A stretch of 63,773 bases of DNA, filler included, from Lenisia limosa (lineage: Eukaryota; Protista; Breviatea): the NCBI GenBank assembly GCA_001655205.1. It is 4 parts of 4 records of this genome, joined end to end, with 100 filler letters (N's around TTAATTAATTAA, not from the genome) between each part and the next. Parts side by side here need not be neighbours in the genome. Positions count along the whole stretch, not along the records: positions 1 to 25,126 come from LPNZ01002923.1; 3 more parts are not named here. One strand, given 5' to 3'. The notes below the pieces were generated by a model. It did not search any database. It saw nothing but the letters and a program-made list of their open reading frames with translations, and was not told the origin of the DNA. The position numbers and the translations under genes are program-made. Of this stretch, positions 1 through 13,526 are shown one piece after another. Positions within the stretch are counted from its first letter, which is position 1, and each line of letters opens with the position of its first letter.

Positions 1-1029
1 CAAACCTGATGGACTGTGATATTGTTACCGCCAAGTGACTTTGCGCTTGCGTCTTTCTTTGAGGCGATGAATGAAGGAAGATAGGTTAACACTTCAATCC
101 CCTTGTTGATGCATATCCACACTACATACGATCCGTACTTATTAGCACTTTCAAGACATATATTAGAGTATGATGCCATCTCTTTCAAATCAAACTCACC
201 TTACTAACATTTTTGGCTGCGATTCGTGTTCCATAGTATGCGGCCATGAACTCCCTAACTCTGAATAGATTAAAGGGAATTCATTAACAACTGAAAGGTT
301 TACTTGTTTGTATCCCTTTGTATTTTACTATTGGAGCACGATTCGAAGGGCTGAATTAGGCCAAGGCTGTTAAAGCAGTGTATATATTCATTAAAACACA
401 AAAAAAATGATATTCCTGCTTACTTTTTGGACAAGTGCCCCCCTCATGTCTCAGTAATCTTTCCCAGTGCCACCATAAAGGCCTTGTCGGTGGCACACGC
501 ATCGTCATTGTCAAGGACCTCGGTCAAATATGACGCAAGATAGGACGACATGCAACCGTACAGTGACTTGGCATCGGCATCCGAGTAGCCCATGGACTTG
601 GCAATGGAGGTCACACTGAATTGTCAGACAAAACGACTCAGCAAACACATTCATCATTTGATTTAGTATGAATTGTGTGAGCTCCAATGGCCTGAAAGAT
701 GTAATGTTACAAGTCAAACCCGTCAAGGATTTCGTGTTGAGAGCCGTGAGTATGTGATGTCAAGAAAACGAAAATTCAAAAAAGACAATTCAACACTGTC
801 AAAACTATCACATTACAAGGTCTATTTGCTATAGAAAAATTCTTACAACGCTAGAAGCTGGTAACCTAATGTCCATATTATCACTATGATGACCACCATA
901 AATCCTTGATAATATATATGACAAATTATAAACCAACAATTTATGCAAATAATGGGTCCCAGAATGCTATCTGCAACATAAAATTGTCAAAACCAGTATG
1001 ATTGTTGCTTATATGGTGAACACATACAT

Positions 1030-3990
1030 CATTGCTGGAGCCGAGGTGCGTGAAGAAGATAGGGGACAAGAAGCCGAGGAAGGGTAGGCAGAAAATATTG
1101 CTTCATAGTATAGTATACATAAAGTAGTATATCATATAATATCAAGATATACTCTATGATATGATCTACTACTAAGATAGTATATGATATGATATAGTAT
1201 ATGATATGTATCATATGAAATGCAAATACATTCACATACACATATCGGCTTTTTAGTTCCTCAAGGGACTTATAACAACTACATGTGAGACACCAAAGTT
1301 TCAGCACAATCCCTACTTGTTCTTTCCAGAAAAGAATAGAATTGAGTCTTTCAAATGATAAGCCAGCCACTCCCGTTCTCCTCCCTGGTTTAGTTAAAGA
1401 AAGCTTTCACAGTCCAACCTTAACAGCCAAATCAAAACTATGGTACGAATAAAGAAGCCGCAACAACTCCAACTGTCGACCTTTCGCCGTGTTTTGGGGG
1501 TTATAAAATGATTGGAACAGCGATATGCTAAAATCTTCAAAGCCGCTGTCATTTGCCTTCGCCTCTAAGAGAACTACACTGCCAACCAAGAAGATAGACA
1601 TACAATGCTTGAGAAGACTCAGACGCTGGGTGTTCAATAAGGTCATCATAGTCAACCATCCCATTCCCATCTTCTTCCTGGGAGATGGAATTTTTAATCG
1701 CTACATTAACAAATGCGTCTGAATAAACTAGTAGAAAAAACCCGTGTACTGATGATGAATTGTGTTTCCAAAGTGCCACATAGTATGAAAAATTCCAAGG
1801 CCAGCCTTGACATTATTTTTTAAATAAAAAATATTCGTCTGTTGAGCGTTCTCTCCTCTGGATTTCGCGCTCGCCTCTGTCTTGACTGATGCCACATCAC
1901 CTATGCGCATGGGGCACGAACCAAGGGCTGATATTGATTCGACTAACTCTGCTTTGGTCCGATTAATCGCGATGGCACCTAACGGGGTTTTAAAAAACAA
2001 GATCAATTCGAGAAATGATCACCACAAAAACAAACCATTGAGGGTCACCTCATTCTCCCTAATCAACTTTTGAAGCCGAATTACTGATGGCTTGGAGCCT
2101 TCAACGTTGAAGTACTTGTCTAAGAAATCAGTACACCACCAGTCAACCAGACCTTTTTATAACCCGAAACTTGCATATGAATCGTCTCGAATGAGATCGA
2201 TCACTCTTCTCCCGTAATCAGCACAAGTGTGAAAAAAGAACAATCAGCAGCAAACCAGTCCAAGGTCGGGAACACGGCATCCAGAGTCACACCCTCCGTC
2301 AGAACCTTCTGATCTGTTTTTGCCATTGACTCATGATTGGGAATTGGGTCGATACCAAATAAAAATAGATTTGTAAAATTCTCCTAGAACATTAAACAAA
2401 TGTTATTTCTTACATTGGCCGCTGTCAACCCTTCCAGAGCCTTCGCATCGTTTTATATTTTGCAACTATTTTCTCAATATCTTTAACACGTTTTGTCGAC
2501 ATTGTCAACCGAGATTGTACAAGTAAATCTACAACCTATGATGATGATACTAATAAAAAACAAATGCCTACGGTGCTCGAAACTCCTTTCGACTGCAAAT
2601 ATTTTTTGTGAATGCAAAATTAATCTTAAATGTTACTCATTTCACAAAAAGTACGCATACCAAGCTGAAACGTTGGTGGTTCCTTGCCCGAATTGAAGAA
2701 ATAAACGAAAACCAATGATTTGGTGAAATTTTTCTTTCTTTCTATTCAGGGCCAGTTCGTACCTCTGGAGAAAATATGGCATACATTCAGTGGCTGCTGT
2801 CTTTGCCTCTATCGGGTGAGGGTTGTTAAAGCGACCAAGAAGCTGTCAATACAACACACTTGCCATGGAAACGAACCTTGAAGTAATTGACCTGTCAACA
2901 GGTTTTCGAGAGCAAGTGGGTCCGCTAATAATTTCGTCTCTTCTGAAATTTCATTCGGGAACTGTTTTAACATTTGCTTCATTTTCTTTTCTAAGTCGTT
3001 GAGTGACGAAGACTTCAACAAACCAATAATCTTTTCTGACTCAATCAGACAAAATTGCTTCAGATCCTTCAAACTGTGAGTTTCACCACCAGTTTTTCAA
3101 TAAAATTTGGATGTACATATAGTTGTGACAGAGTGTTAACGTCAGCATATCATAGTTAACCTGAGCAGTAAAATAGAGAAGAAAAAACGACACCTGAATT
3201 TCCCAGGTGGGTTTGACCAGCTGTTCGATTTCAGGCCTGTTCATTTTGAAAGTATTGATCTAAACCGTAACTACGTGAGGAAGAATTGTCAATGACTTGT
3301 CTCATCTGTTGTGCTCAATTTAGTATTACCCTACAGTGAGACATTGCCGGTCTCAAACGCTCCGCTTATTTATATTCATACACCAATCTTACCATCACAT
3401 TCTGGACTTCGTGGCTGAATATTGCTTCCAATCTAGAGTGCGATGCTCCCAAGACTCGCATAAGATCACAAAATTCCTGAAAAAGATCAGTAACCAAAAC
3501 AAATACACCCACCTCAAATGAGGTCAAAGGGATGCACTCCTTGAAACGCCCCACTCCATTCGGAAATTGGATATGAGGTCTTCCTGTCTCACAAGAGTCT
3601 CCATCATAATCTCGGCAAAGATCGTATTATTCTTTGGCTGTGAAATGACGAGGCTACTGAAAATAAAAAAACCCAACAACATCATTGTCTCATATCCCGA
3701 TTGAACGCTCACGGCGTAGTTGACCATTTTTGGAACTTCCTTTTTCCCAAAGGAAGCATAATCGAAGTCCCTAAATGGGAAAACTCTGATCAAGTGTTTG
3801 CTGTTGCAAGCCTAGGAGATCAGTGAAACCGGACAATCGACTGTTGTTTGTTTGTTAAGAAAGCAGGTCATGGTCATACCAAAAATGAGAAGTTTGCTCC
3901 CAGATGGTTACTGTCTTCACTTTGCCTCCCTTGACCAAAACCGTCACATTCGGAAGTATTCCACTTGAAATCCCTGAGCAGATGTCAATG
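1030..3990 (-). pseudogene. Decayed DUF6589-like (putative RNase H-fold transposase-related) coding remnant
   Basis: ORF 1728-2006 reads RIGDVASVKTEASAKSRG..KNNVKAGLGIFHTMWHFGNTI, resembling the GD..T..R..A..R / PGLFH.KM motif pair I recall for DUF6589. Upstream pieces (SQPKNNTIFAEIMM; LMRVLGASHS) resemble the usual N-terminal region. Many stops and frameshifts; boundaries approximate. Confidence 0.4.
2562..2696 (+). pseudogene. PHD/RINGv-like zinc-finger remnant
   Basis: KCLRCSKLLSTANIFCECKINLKCYSFHKKY..PCPN*: C-x2-C..C-x-C..H..C-P-N spacing. The last Cys position is TGA and one ligand position is Tyr. Confidence 0.35.
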
Positions 3991-6697
3991 CCACCATGAT
4001 GTAACAAAGAGAAATGCACAAGATCAAGTCAACAAGATCAATACAAAATGCAATTTAGCATCTACTTTTCGGCTATTTTTACCGTAAAAAAAGGCCCTTT
4101 TTTTACAATATTAGACCAAAAAAATGAACAGGGTAGGTTAGAAACAGGACTTAACCCACATAATAGTCGTCAAATAAGTCTCCCGCAATCGTATTCAGGC
4201 AGAGGTAGTTTCCGCAATGATATATTTCAAGTTCTCCACAAAATCTGATCTGACTTAACGATAAAGTGGCGTGGAGTTTGCGCGAGGTGGCGTACCGAGA
4301 AGTTGTTATTTTTGATGTTTAAATTGGGTTTTAAGGAGCAGCAAAAGAGTCACGCAAGACATGGCACTGAGTGCCAGTTGATCATCCAATTTCTGCGATT
4401 AGTGTTGAAAAACAGTACGAAAAATGAGTTCTCCTCTGCTATATTTTCCATCTGTTGAACTTAAAGTAAGCAAATATATTTTTTTCATAAAGGTTCATGA
4501 GTTGTTTATGACATGGGTTTCAGAATCTGCAACATTTGCTCTGATTGATTCTTGGGTTTTTGACGCAAAGGTATGAATTTTCCTTTTTGAAAAAACATTT
4601 CCCAAAAGAGACATGCTTTCTTTTCAATAGTGAAGCAAATTTTGATACTATCAAAAGTAAAGATCTAGCAAAGCCTAAAGTGTTCTGTCATCGCCTTTTT
4701 TTATTCTGGTTGTAGCTTGGTGTCGAAGGTGTTCATTTGTGTTTAAAAAGCATTTCACACCTCATCTGAATCTAAAAAAGTAGTCCATACATCATACACA
4801 TATCGATATTAATACTGAACAATTTTACCAAATTTGAAGTACCTCCTACTTAAAAATTTTGGCTCTTCTTCGGCACTCCTATTTCTCATCCATTTTGCTC
4901 AAGCTTTGATTAACATTTGCTCCATTGATATTTATTTTGATACCAATCCAGCAACCTTTGCACAAAATCTGGCGATTAGAAGAGCTTTGAGCTGTGTTTC
5001 GGCTTGCTACATGATGTTTATTGATAACTGGGATAATGTCACTTCATTTCGAACAAAATTCTGCATGAAAACGAAAGTCAAGATACTATTTTTTAAAGAG
5101 AGGAGAGTCTTCCTCTGCGAATCCTTGAAATGGAATTGTTATGCCTCTCAAGTGCTTGTAAAAGCATCAGGGCTTGCTTATCGAGTTGAAGAGTGATTTT
5201 CATAAACCTTAGCTGCCGAGTGCTCGTCCTCAAATTTATCAAAAAATATTTGGACAAAATTTATGATTTCTAATTTTAGCTAATTTACGTAAAAGCTTAA
5301 ACCCCAAGGGCGCGTTAGTCCAAACAGAAACTTTTCATACTATGTGTGTATCAGATTGTTGGGTTGATTTTGCAATAGCTGTCCTTCATCTTAAAGTTAA
5401 TAATTTGATTTAGACTGGTACCGCGCTCAGACCAGCAGGTGAAGTGGCCCCATTACTTCCAGGACAGCCAGGTGTACCTTTTCTGTCACCTTCAGCTACT
5501 GCTGGAACGACATTAATGGGACCAACTTCACCTAGGTCCCCAAGGCCATCAAGGCTGTCACAGACAAATTTGTCAGGTTTGAGTTTTGTTAGGAAAGTTA
5601 ATTGGGTTTGGAAGGAGTGTGTATACACCTGCTATTTTCTCGTAATATCTCACCAAATACTGTATCACTTCGTGTATTTTTCTATTAAGGTGGTTCAGCC
5701 TTTTTGGTTTTGCAAAAAATTAAGTATTGATATGTATTTCAGTATGTGAATAATGGATATATGAGGAAAATTTGAAATATTTATCATATGGCGGTGTTGG
5801 TTGTGCGTCGTCACAATCATTATTCATTCAAATTCCTCCCCCCCCCCCGTCGGGAAAATGGGCATTTTAATGTTTTTTTCAACCTGAAGCTGTTCCATAT
5901 GGAAATCTACCCTGTGGAATTTTCAGGAAGGGTCATTTTGATTACTTAGGCAATTATATTATTCATATCATATATCATATATATATACATATATCATATC
6001 TATATCATATCATATCAATTATATGTTGTTTTGTTGAAATAAATTGACCTTGTTAAGGTGTTTAAGGTGGTTCAGGCACGTGGAGAGTTTTGGCAAAAAG
6101 TCGCGACTGTAAATGCAGTTTTGAAAAAAAACTACCCCGGAAAATGTTCCCAACTACGTCCTTGATAATTCCATTTTGTATATTTTTGATTCCTTTTCTG
6201 TTTGTGTAACCGAAGTAATAAATGGAAGGGGAAAACCCTCAGTGGTAATTCCACTGAATTATGCGAAAGAATTTGGAGGTTTTGGGAAATCCTGCCTTAA
6301 TAGGAAGAAAACTGCTGTTCATGGATGCGTTTTGCACCATTTTTGTGTAAAAACGAGATGTAAGTGTGTTGATGGATGCTTGCCATTGGTATGTAGGTTT
6401 TCTTGTTCACTATACTTTCCGCAACAGCAAACTTTAACGGAAATGTAGTTGAAGAAAAGTATAAACTGTTCTCCAGAATGCAGTTTAAGATATTAAAGCA
6501 AGGTGTTAAACCGGAAGAAGACTCGGCAGCAACCGAACCTCTGCAGATTTTTAGTCTTTTGCTTCACGAAATTAACGAAAGAGTGACATTTGGTGGATAA
6601 ATTCATTCAGAGAATCAAAAAAAAAAAAACGAATGAAGAAATTTCAGAGATACAAGAAACAAAAAGACAAGAAACACAAACAATGCAAGAAACATAA

Positions 6698-7345
6698 CCT
6701 CATGAAGAGGCTTGTGGCAAGCCAAACAGAGAAACTTATTACAGCCCTTGCAATACGTATGGACACGTACAACCTTTTTGGAGTTCTTGGCCTTAGTTTC
6801 CAGGAAGTGGTTCAGAATGTCGGGGTTGACGTACTTCAGTGCCAGATTTTGCTTTTGAATCTAAAAATATAAAATCTTTCTCAAGTAAACAAAACGCAGA
6901 TACAAACTTTCAGATCATCTTACCTTACTGGAGACGGAATTCTTGGATTAAAGGACGATAACGAGTTTCGTCCAACAAGGGCTTCAGTGACGAGAACTGC
7001 ATTTAGATAAATGAGCAGATTATCATTCGAGACAACTTTTCCAGCAATCTTAAACCCAGAAAGAATGGTGTCTGCATGGGTGCACTCAACATACGCCATT
7101 AACGATGACTTGATAAGACATACTCTAACAGCAAGCGACCTGTTTTGAACATCATCAGGAATTGATTTCAGATTAAGCCTCAATAACTTTTGGAGCTTTG
7201 CTTTATAGACTCCTTAGGGACCAACATCCATCATTTACGTGATGTATGAAAAATGTGACGCTTTTGTAATACAGAGAATGTGGTTTTCAAGTAAAGCATT
7301 CAGTGCTGCTGGATTCAGTCGGTAAAATAGCATAATCTTCCATTG
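6698..7345 (-). mobile_element. piggyBac-like transposase C-terminal remnant
   Basis: WKIMLFYRLNPAALNALL (~7285-7342) resembles the piggyBac W...LF..L...A..NA motif. KKVVRVHTYCKGCNKFLCLACHKPLHE (6698-6779) resembles the C-terminal Cys-rich domain, though it could be a B-box. No clear YN..MGGVD motif. Confidence 0.35.
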
Positions 7346-8059
7346 ACAATCCATGTTTCTCTCTCGCTGTTTTCAAGAGAGAAACAGCCCCAAGATGTGA
7401 TGGCAGGGAAACCATTGACAGGGAGCTAGTCCTCGTATGCAATTCGAGCATTGACACATTTACTAGCGGTTCGTTGAACGGTGACGGTGACATGTTTGCC
7501 AGAAATGTTTGAATCAATACATAGGTTCAAAAATCAAAATTTATGAAAACTGTTGTATCATTATTGCACCCCCCCCCCCAATTACGCGGCACGGAGGGCG
7601 TCTGAGGGTCAACATAGCCCACGACGTTGTACATTTGCACGGCAAGAGGGCAAGGGGCCACCTAGTGTATTGTTTTATAAAGTAGCCACATTGAAATCAC
7701 TCAGACAAAAAACAGCTTACTCTCTTTCGTGGTGGCCCGGTATTCTGCGTTTGATAAAGAAGATGGTCCTCCTGTCACCAAAGTTAGAGGAAAACAGCAG
7801 TTCCGCTATCAGCCCCAGCAATCCATACAAGACCACTATCGGCATAATAGCAGATGTAGTCCCCCTTTTCTTTCACAGTCTTAGCTGCTTCAGGGCGTTA
7901 ACCTTCACATCGCCTCTCAAAGTATCGTTGAGAAATAGTCGTGTCTGTCGTAATGGAGTCTGAGTTGCAAATGTAGAGTTGGTCGGCAACTACACTCGTT
8001 AATGGTTTGCGGGTTCTAAAAAAGAGTTCGAATATGGGAGTGACCTTTCTAAGCCCATT

Positions 8060-8303
8060 TACGTGTTACAAAGACGCAGGAATGGGCGGCACAATGGACC
8101 TCCTTCACCGAACCTTGGATCGGTCCGTTGCAGCCTTGAGAGTGCCAAGAAGATAAAGTACATGCGAAGCGATTCGTGGTGCCATTGCCAAGGTGTGGTG
8201 AAATCTCGAAGACGTAACCACCTTCACAGGCTAGAGCGTAAACCCTAATAATGACTTCCTTGATTGGTTTATTTTGCTCAGAAACCTGGAAAATTATGAT
8301 CAA
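8060..8303 (-). pseudogene. Possible decayed GIY-YIG nuclease of the VRGG type
   Basis: IRVYALACEGGY at the start. Downstream HHESLRMY and SKVR/GGPLC can only be joined with frameshifts. The YIG and Arg motifs are not intact. Confidence 0.25.
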
Positions 8304-8643
8304 ATTTTAATTCTCTGAATCATAAGATAGCTCAAACCAAACTCATATTTTTTTGCGCAATATTTGGACTTGGTGACGGGTGGGTTGTAAAAATTTCAAA
8401 ACTGATACAAGGATTTCAAGTTGTCTTCGCAATTTTATATGATTGGGCTCATGGACAGTTTTAGGAATAAAATATTTCTTTTTCGTTTTAGGTTGTCACA
8501 AACTTGTGTAGATGAAGGGTAATTAAGGGAGGAGATTTTGAGATGTCAGTTAAAGTGTACTGACGTGCTGGCAAGCCTCTCAAGTAATTAATAAAATATT
8601 AATATTCTGGAATATCATATGTATTAAACAGAAAGCTAAAGAT

Positions 8644-9141
8644 TAGAGGTCGGGGCAATTAATTTTCTGAAATATTTTTTGATTAAAATTATTTTTTTGG
8701 AGAAATTAATTTATTATTCGAAATTCATTTAGAATTCGTAATTAATTCCAAAATAGTTTTAAATTAATTCATAATTAATTTATTCATTTTCAAAAATGTT
8801 GTTGTTATTGGTATCATTTGCCCCCCCCTCTTTTATTTTGAACAGGCAATAAAAAAATCTAGTCAAAAAAAAGCAAAAAATACAGAACTTTTATCTTTTT
8901 GAAAAAAAAAAAAAAAAATCAATTGGAAACCCCAATGTTCTGGAAGTTTCTGAATTTATTCTGTTTGTTCTGGAACGTTCCAAAAGAACTTTTTTCCTGA
9001 TATAGTTTTTTGGAAAATAATAAATGACAAAATTAATTAATAATTAATTCGCCATTCGAGAAATATTGGTAAATAATTTAAATTATTTTTTATCAATTAT
9101 TGCAAATTTATGTGAGAAAAAATTAATTGCACCGACTTCTA
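8644..9141. mobile_element. hAT-type MITE, 498 bp
   Basis: TIRs TAGAGGTCGGGGCAATTAATTTT and AAAAATTAATTGCACCGACTTCTA. Perfect 8-bp TSD CTAAAGAT at 8636-8643 and 9142-9149. AT-rich non-coding interior. Confidence 0.9.
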
Positions 9142-9514
9142 CTAAAGATGAACTAAATCTAGAGCACGTGGTGAATGAAACTTGGATTTCAATGTGAGGA
9201 TTCTCAGAACCTGATGACGATAATGGGTTAGACTCTTATATTTCACTCGGTCTAGGAGTACCCTCCCAAAACCCACTATTCCCATGATATCATTCCCATG
9301 GGATTATCACCCTCCGTTGATCGCCCTTTATTATGTGCTTAGCACTATCGATCAAGCTAAAGAAATGTCTTTTGGGGAGCTTCATGAATGGGGTTGTAGA
9401 ATGAATTGAGGTGTAAAAAGGGGACACTTGTGTGGGAATGCTGGGTATGGGAATGGTGGGTCATTAGAAAAAAGAGTGATCTCAAAAAACAGACTTGTTG
9501 TCTTTGTATTTTCA

Positions 9515-11148
9515 ACTACAGAGAACAATAAAGAAGAGAAGAGTAAAGGAGGAACCCAGCAACTTTTAGAATACCCTTGAGAAGATCATTCTCAAAAGAA
9601 ACACTCTGAATATTAAGGCTGAGAGCAGGTGATTTCAGCCAACCAAAAAGAAGATCAATAGAAAAGAATGAATCATCTTGAACTGTCTTCTAAAACGATC
9701 CACCCTAACAAGGTCAAAAAAGAAGGTACATTGAGAAGAAGCACACCTTCGACAGACCAGGAAGAAATTGATCACCCCAAAACTTCTTGAAAACTAATAT
9801 TTCTTTGATAAGAAAGCGTAATCAGTGTCTAAGAAGTAGTCTTCGACTGCAAGTTTCCAGCATTCAGCAGTAAGAGAAGAAATCCTTCGTTGTGACAAGG
9901 AAAGAACCTATAAAAGTCAATCAGCATGGTAAATACACTAACAAACCTTCTTGTTCAACAAGATCTTGCTCCATAAAACGCCAGTTCTTCAATTCAAGGC
10001 AATAAGAGAATTCAATGAGGAAAACCATCTCTTAACTTTAACACTAACTAAATTACGCATAAATTGAGCAAAATACTTCACTTTTTTAAGGTCGCCTTTA
10101 CTGTGGAAACTGAAACATCATATTGGACATCTTCTTGGCTCTGCTTCACTGAATTGTGGAGTTAGAATTGTTTTTTGTATGACGAATTTCCATCTTTTTG
10201 CTTGAGATCACTCAAAATATGACATTTCTCACATTTAATGGTGTAAATGATAGCTCATATCCCCTCGACGCAGACCCTCGGAGATATTACATTCATGATT
10301 TCCTTGGTTGTTTTGCGGAGGTTCCTCGGTTCTCACTCGGATATGCCTCTTTCGTCCCTCGGATCCTCCTTAAAACTATCGCGGAAATCCTGGAATGCCA
10401 TATCCGATGAAATATGAGAAATGTCATATTTTGAGTGATCTCAAGCAATAGGGTCGAAATTCGTCTAATAAATAACATTTCTTACTCCAAAATTCAGTGA
10501 AGCAGAGCCAAGAAGATGTCCAATATGATGTTTCAGTTTCCACAGTAAAGGCGACCTTAAAAAAGTGAAGTATTTTGCTCAATTTATGCGTAATTTAGTT
10601 AGTGTTAAAGTTAAGAGATGGTTTTCCTCATTGAATTCTCTTATTGCCTTGAATTGAAGAACTGGCGTTTTATGGAGCAAGATCTTGTTGAACAAGAAGG
10701 TTTGTTAGTGTATTTGCCATGCTGATTGACTTTAATAGGTTCTTTACTGGTCAAAACGAAGGATTTCCTCTCTTACTGCTGAATGCTGGAAACTTGCAGT
10801 CAAAGACTGCTTCTTAGACGCTTATTCAGCTTTCTTATCAAAAAATATCAGTTTTCAGAAGTTTTGGGGTGATCAGTTTCTTCCTGCTCTGTCGAAGGTG
10901 TGCTTCCTCTCAATATATCTTCTTTTACCTTTTTAGAGTGAAATAGTTTTAAAAGACTGCGCAGTATGATTCATTCTTTTCTATTGATCTTCTTTTTAGT
11001 TGGTTGAAATCCCCTGTTCTCAGCTTTAACATTCAGAGTGTTTCTTTTGAGGATGATCTACTGGAGCTTTTCAAGGATCTTCTCAAGGGTATTCTAATAG
11101 TTACTGGGTTCCTCCTTTACTCTTCTCTTCTTTATTGTTCTCTGCAGT
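9515..11148. repeat. Long inverted duplication: arms ~9515-10236 and ~10410-11148, spacer ~170 bp
   Basis: For example, 10021-10135 (AAAACCATCTCTTAACTTT..CATCTTCTT) reappears reverse-complemented at ~10511-10625. Scattered substitutions and one ~20-nt indel separate the arms. Confidence 0.9.
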
Positions 11149-11274
11149 GGTTAGCACTATAAACAAAATATATAAGCAATTAATCATGAGTTCAGGAGTT
11201 CAGTTGCTCTCAACTTCCAGTGAGTCAAAATATATGTCATAATCCTATTCCAGATAAATGACATATTTTATATT

Positions 11275-11507
11275 CCCGCGGGTAAAAAAAAAGAAGATAA
11301 ATGTCATGTTTTCTCATGTTCATCATATTTATGACATTCCGATGACGTGTCACCCCATATCCCCCACCCTTCTTACCCCTTTTATCCCCTTTGTCCGTAA
11401 ATGATGTTTTATGCTTCTAATAGTTCGATCAGAGCGACAAAATATGTTTTTTTCGCGAAAAGAAATGACCCCAAAACGAAAAATATGACTCTCATTTTCC
11501 CCGAGGG
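11275..11507. mobile_element. Putative MITE with CCC..GGG termini
   Basis: Left end CCCGCGGGTAAAA..ATAAATGTCATGTTTT and right end AAAATATGACTCTCATTTTCCCCGAGGG. The same terminus type recurs elsewhere in piece 1. No clear TSD. Confidence 0.4.
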
Positions 11508-12429
11508 TATATGAGATATTATACATACTATATATCATATATGATATACATAATATGTAAACAAAATGATATATCGTTAACAAAAAATGGGTCTTAATGG
11601 ACATCTTCAGGTCAAGTCCAGTGGAAAGTGAACAGGCTTCAGTGGAATGTATCCGATGATAGTTTTTTTTGTCTGTGTTAATGTGCTGGCGGAATCAGGA
11701 AGTCTGTATTTCAAGAGATTGACCCAGAGGTGTTTTTTTTGTAATATTATGAAACGTATCATAGATTGGAAAGTAAATCCCATGTGTGTATTGAACGTGG
11801 CAGATATTCTTTTTTCTATTCTTTTTCATTATTTAATTGGCAAAAAGATTTTTTTTTTATTAGTTTTCGCAATTTCACTCATTTTAAGTCAAAATTATAC
11901 ATTCTCTGTCATCCAGTTTTTTTATTCAATAATCAGTTACATATGGAGAGTCTAGTGTTAATTACATAAATCGTGTATTTGGAAAATCTATAAATTGGAC
12001 ATCTCAAAACCATGAAAATACTAATATTTCGTTGGACCTTCGTTGGCGTCAATAACGGCCTGGCACCTTCTTCTCATAGCCTCAGCAGCGGTGATCTTAT
12101 TCCATGCGACTTGCAGTTTTCCCATCATATCGGATTCCGAGGTTGGTTTGACGCCAGTAGCTGTAACTTGGAGTCAAGAAGCAGCAGGCATTGTCAATTG
12201 GATCGGGACTTTGAGCTGGCCACTCTATGAGAGAGTATTCAGAGTACTAATAACATGATTATGATCTCAGACAACATTTTAAACACAGAATAGACCGTTT
12301 CCCTACACATCTGGAAATGTGATATTGTCATGTCGGAATGTTACTCAGTAATTAAGTATGTGATATTTAATTTACTTAATGACATTATGGAATGTTACAT
12401 GAAATTAATCAAATCAACGCATCTGAATA

Positions 12430-12830
12430 CTAACACAGATTATGTTGGCCAATATAACCATAAAGAAGTACTGACTGAAAAGAAGGTTTAACTTGACGAT
12501 GCAGGATTGAGTTAATGTATAATTCCTTGTTCATGATCCCTTTGATCGTATACAACTTGCCGACGCCACCTTTTCCGATCACACCACAGACGAGAACACG
12601 CCTACCACCATGCTTGACAGTCGGAATGATGTACCACGCATAATAGTCTCGGAGACCAAAATCCCTTCGGCTTCAAGTTCAAATTTGTTCTGGGTAACAG
12701 ACTTCAAAGGTTCGGCTGCGACCTTCTCAACAATACGTTCGTCTTCCTTAGTAAGTAGTATAGTGAGGGCCAAACGGACTTGCTTCAGATGTTTCCAGAG
12801 TAAAGCAGCTTTGCCCAACTACGCTGAGAA
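12430..12830 (-). mobile_element. Tc1-type DDE transposase remnant
   Basis: IIPTVKHGGRRVLVCGVIGKGGVGKLYTIKGIMNKELYINSILHRQVKPS..GYIGQHN matches the Tc1 PTVKHGGGSVMVWG..G.M....Y..IL..QDN region. Upstream NKFELE resembles ESKFEL. Frameshifted and truncated. Confidence 0.75.
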
Positions 12831-13214
12831 ACTTGGTGTTTAGAATACTTCTTGATTCTCCAAATTTTGCAGGAGTGCAGCCAGCTCGGCATAAACCGCA
12901 GATTTCGCCTTAAGCGACAGTGCCCGAGATAATCATTGGCAAATAATGATTTGTAAATATTTTTTTTTCGCATTTTCAACCGTTTTCTGTCAATAAGTTG
13001 CCATTTTGTGTAAAACAGTTTTATTCTTTATATTTTTTTTAAAATAACAATTGATTTGGAATATTAATGTGACCTTTTAAAAAACAAATTCATGTTTTTT
13101 TTTTCCAATTTTTATATTCCTATTTGCACTTTTTGGTTTTATTTTTGAACTTCAACAGCAAGTTTGGGGAAATCTGGTGGTGTCACTTGTTTGTAAATTA
13201 TTGACTCCTATTGA

Positions 13215-13526
13215 GGCCTCTTTTCTGTTTATTTGCTAAGTAACGATGGAAAGGATGACCAAAAACCTCCAGAAATATATATTGGCTTCACAGATTGTCT
13301 GGAGAGGCAGCTTGACCAGGACAATGGAGTGATTCCAAGGGGTGCTCTTTTTACAAGCCAACGGCGAAACTGGGCCGTGGTATGTGCCATTACCAGCCTT
13401 ATCAGAAAAAGCGATGCTGTCCAGGTTGAGGCGTTTTTTCACCGACAGACAAACAGGTCTGGAAAACCCTTTGGCCCTCATTTTCATCTTCTCACATTTT
13501 ACAGTTCCACCCTGTCCAGGCCTTGA
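13215..13526 (+). pseudogene. SLX1-like GIY-YIG nuclease domain, probably inactivated
   Basis: GLFSVYLLSNDGKDDQKPPEIYIGFTDCLERQLDQDNGVIPRGALFTSQRRNWAVVCAITSLIRKSDAVQVEAFF aligns with SLX1 FGVYLL..YVGFTV..RR..QHNG..GGA..T...PW..V..V.GF....AL.FE. The conserved Arg and His positions read Q and D. No ATG in frame. Confidence 0.75.

Noticed and set aside
1095-1240. ATATC/TATCA-rich tracts (also ~5960-6020, 28700-28830, 58870-58950) as a functional repeat
   Set aside because: Low-complexity AT sequence without a stable unit or defined boundaries.
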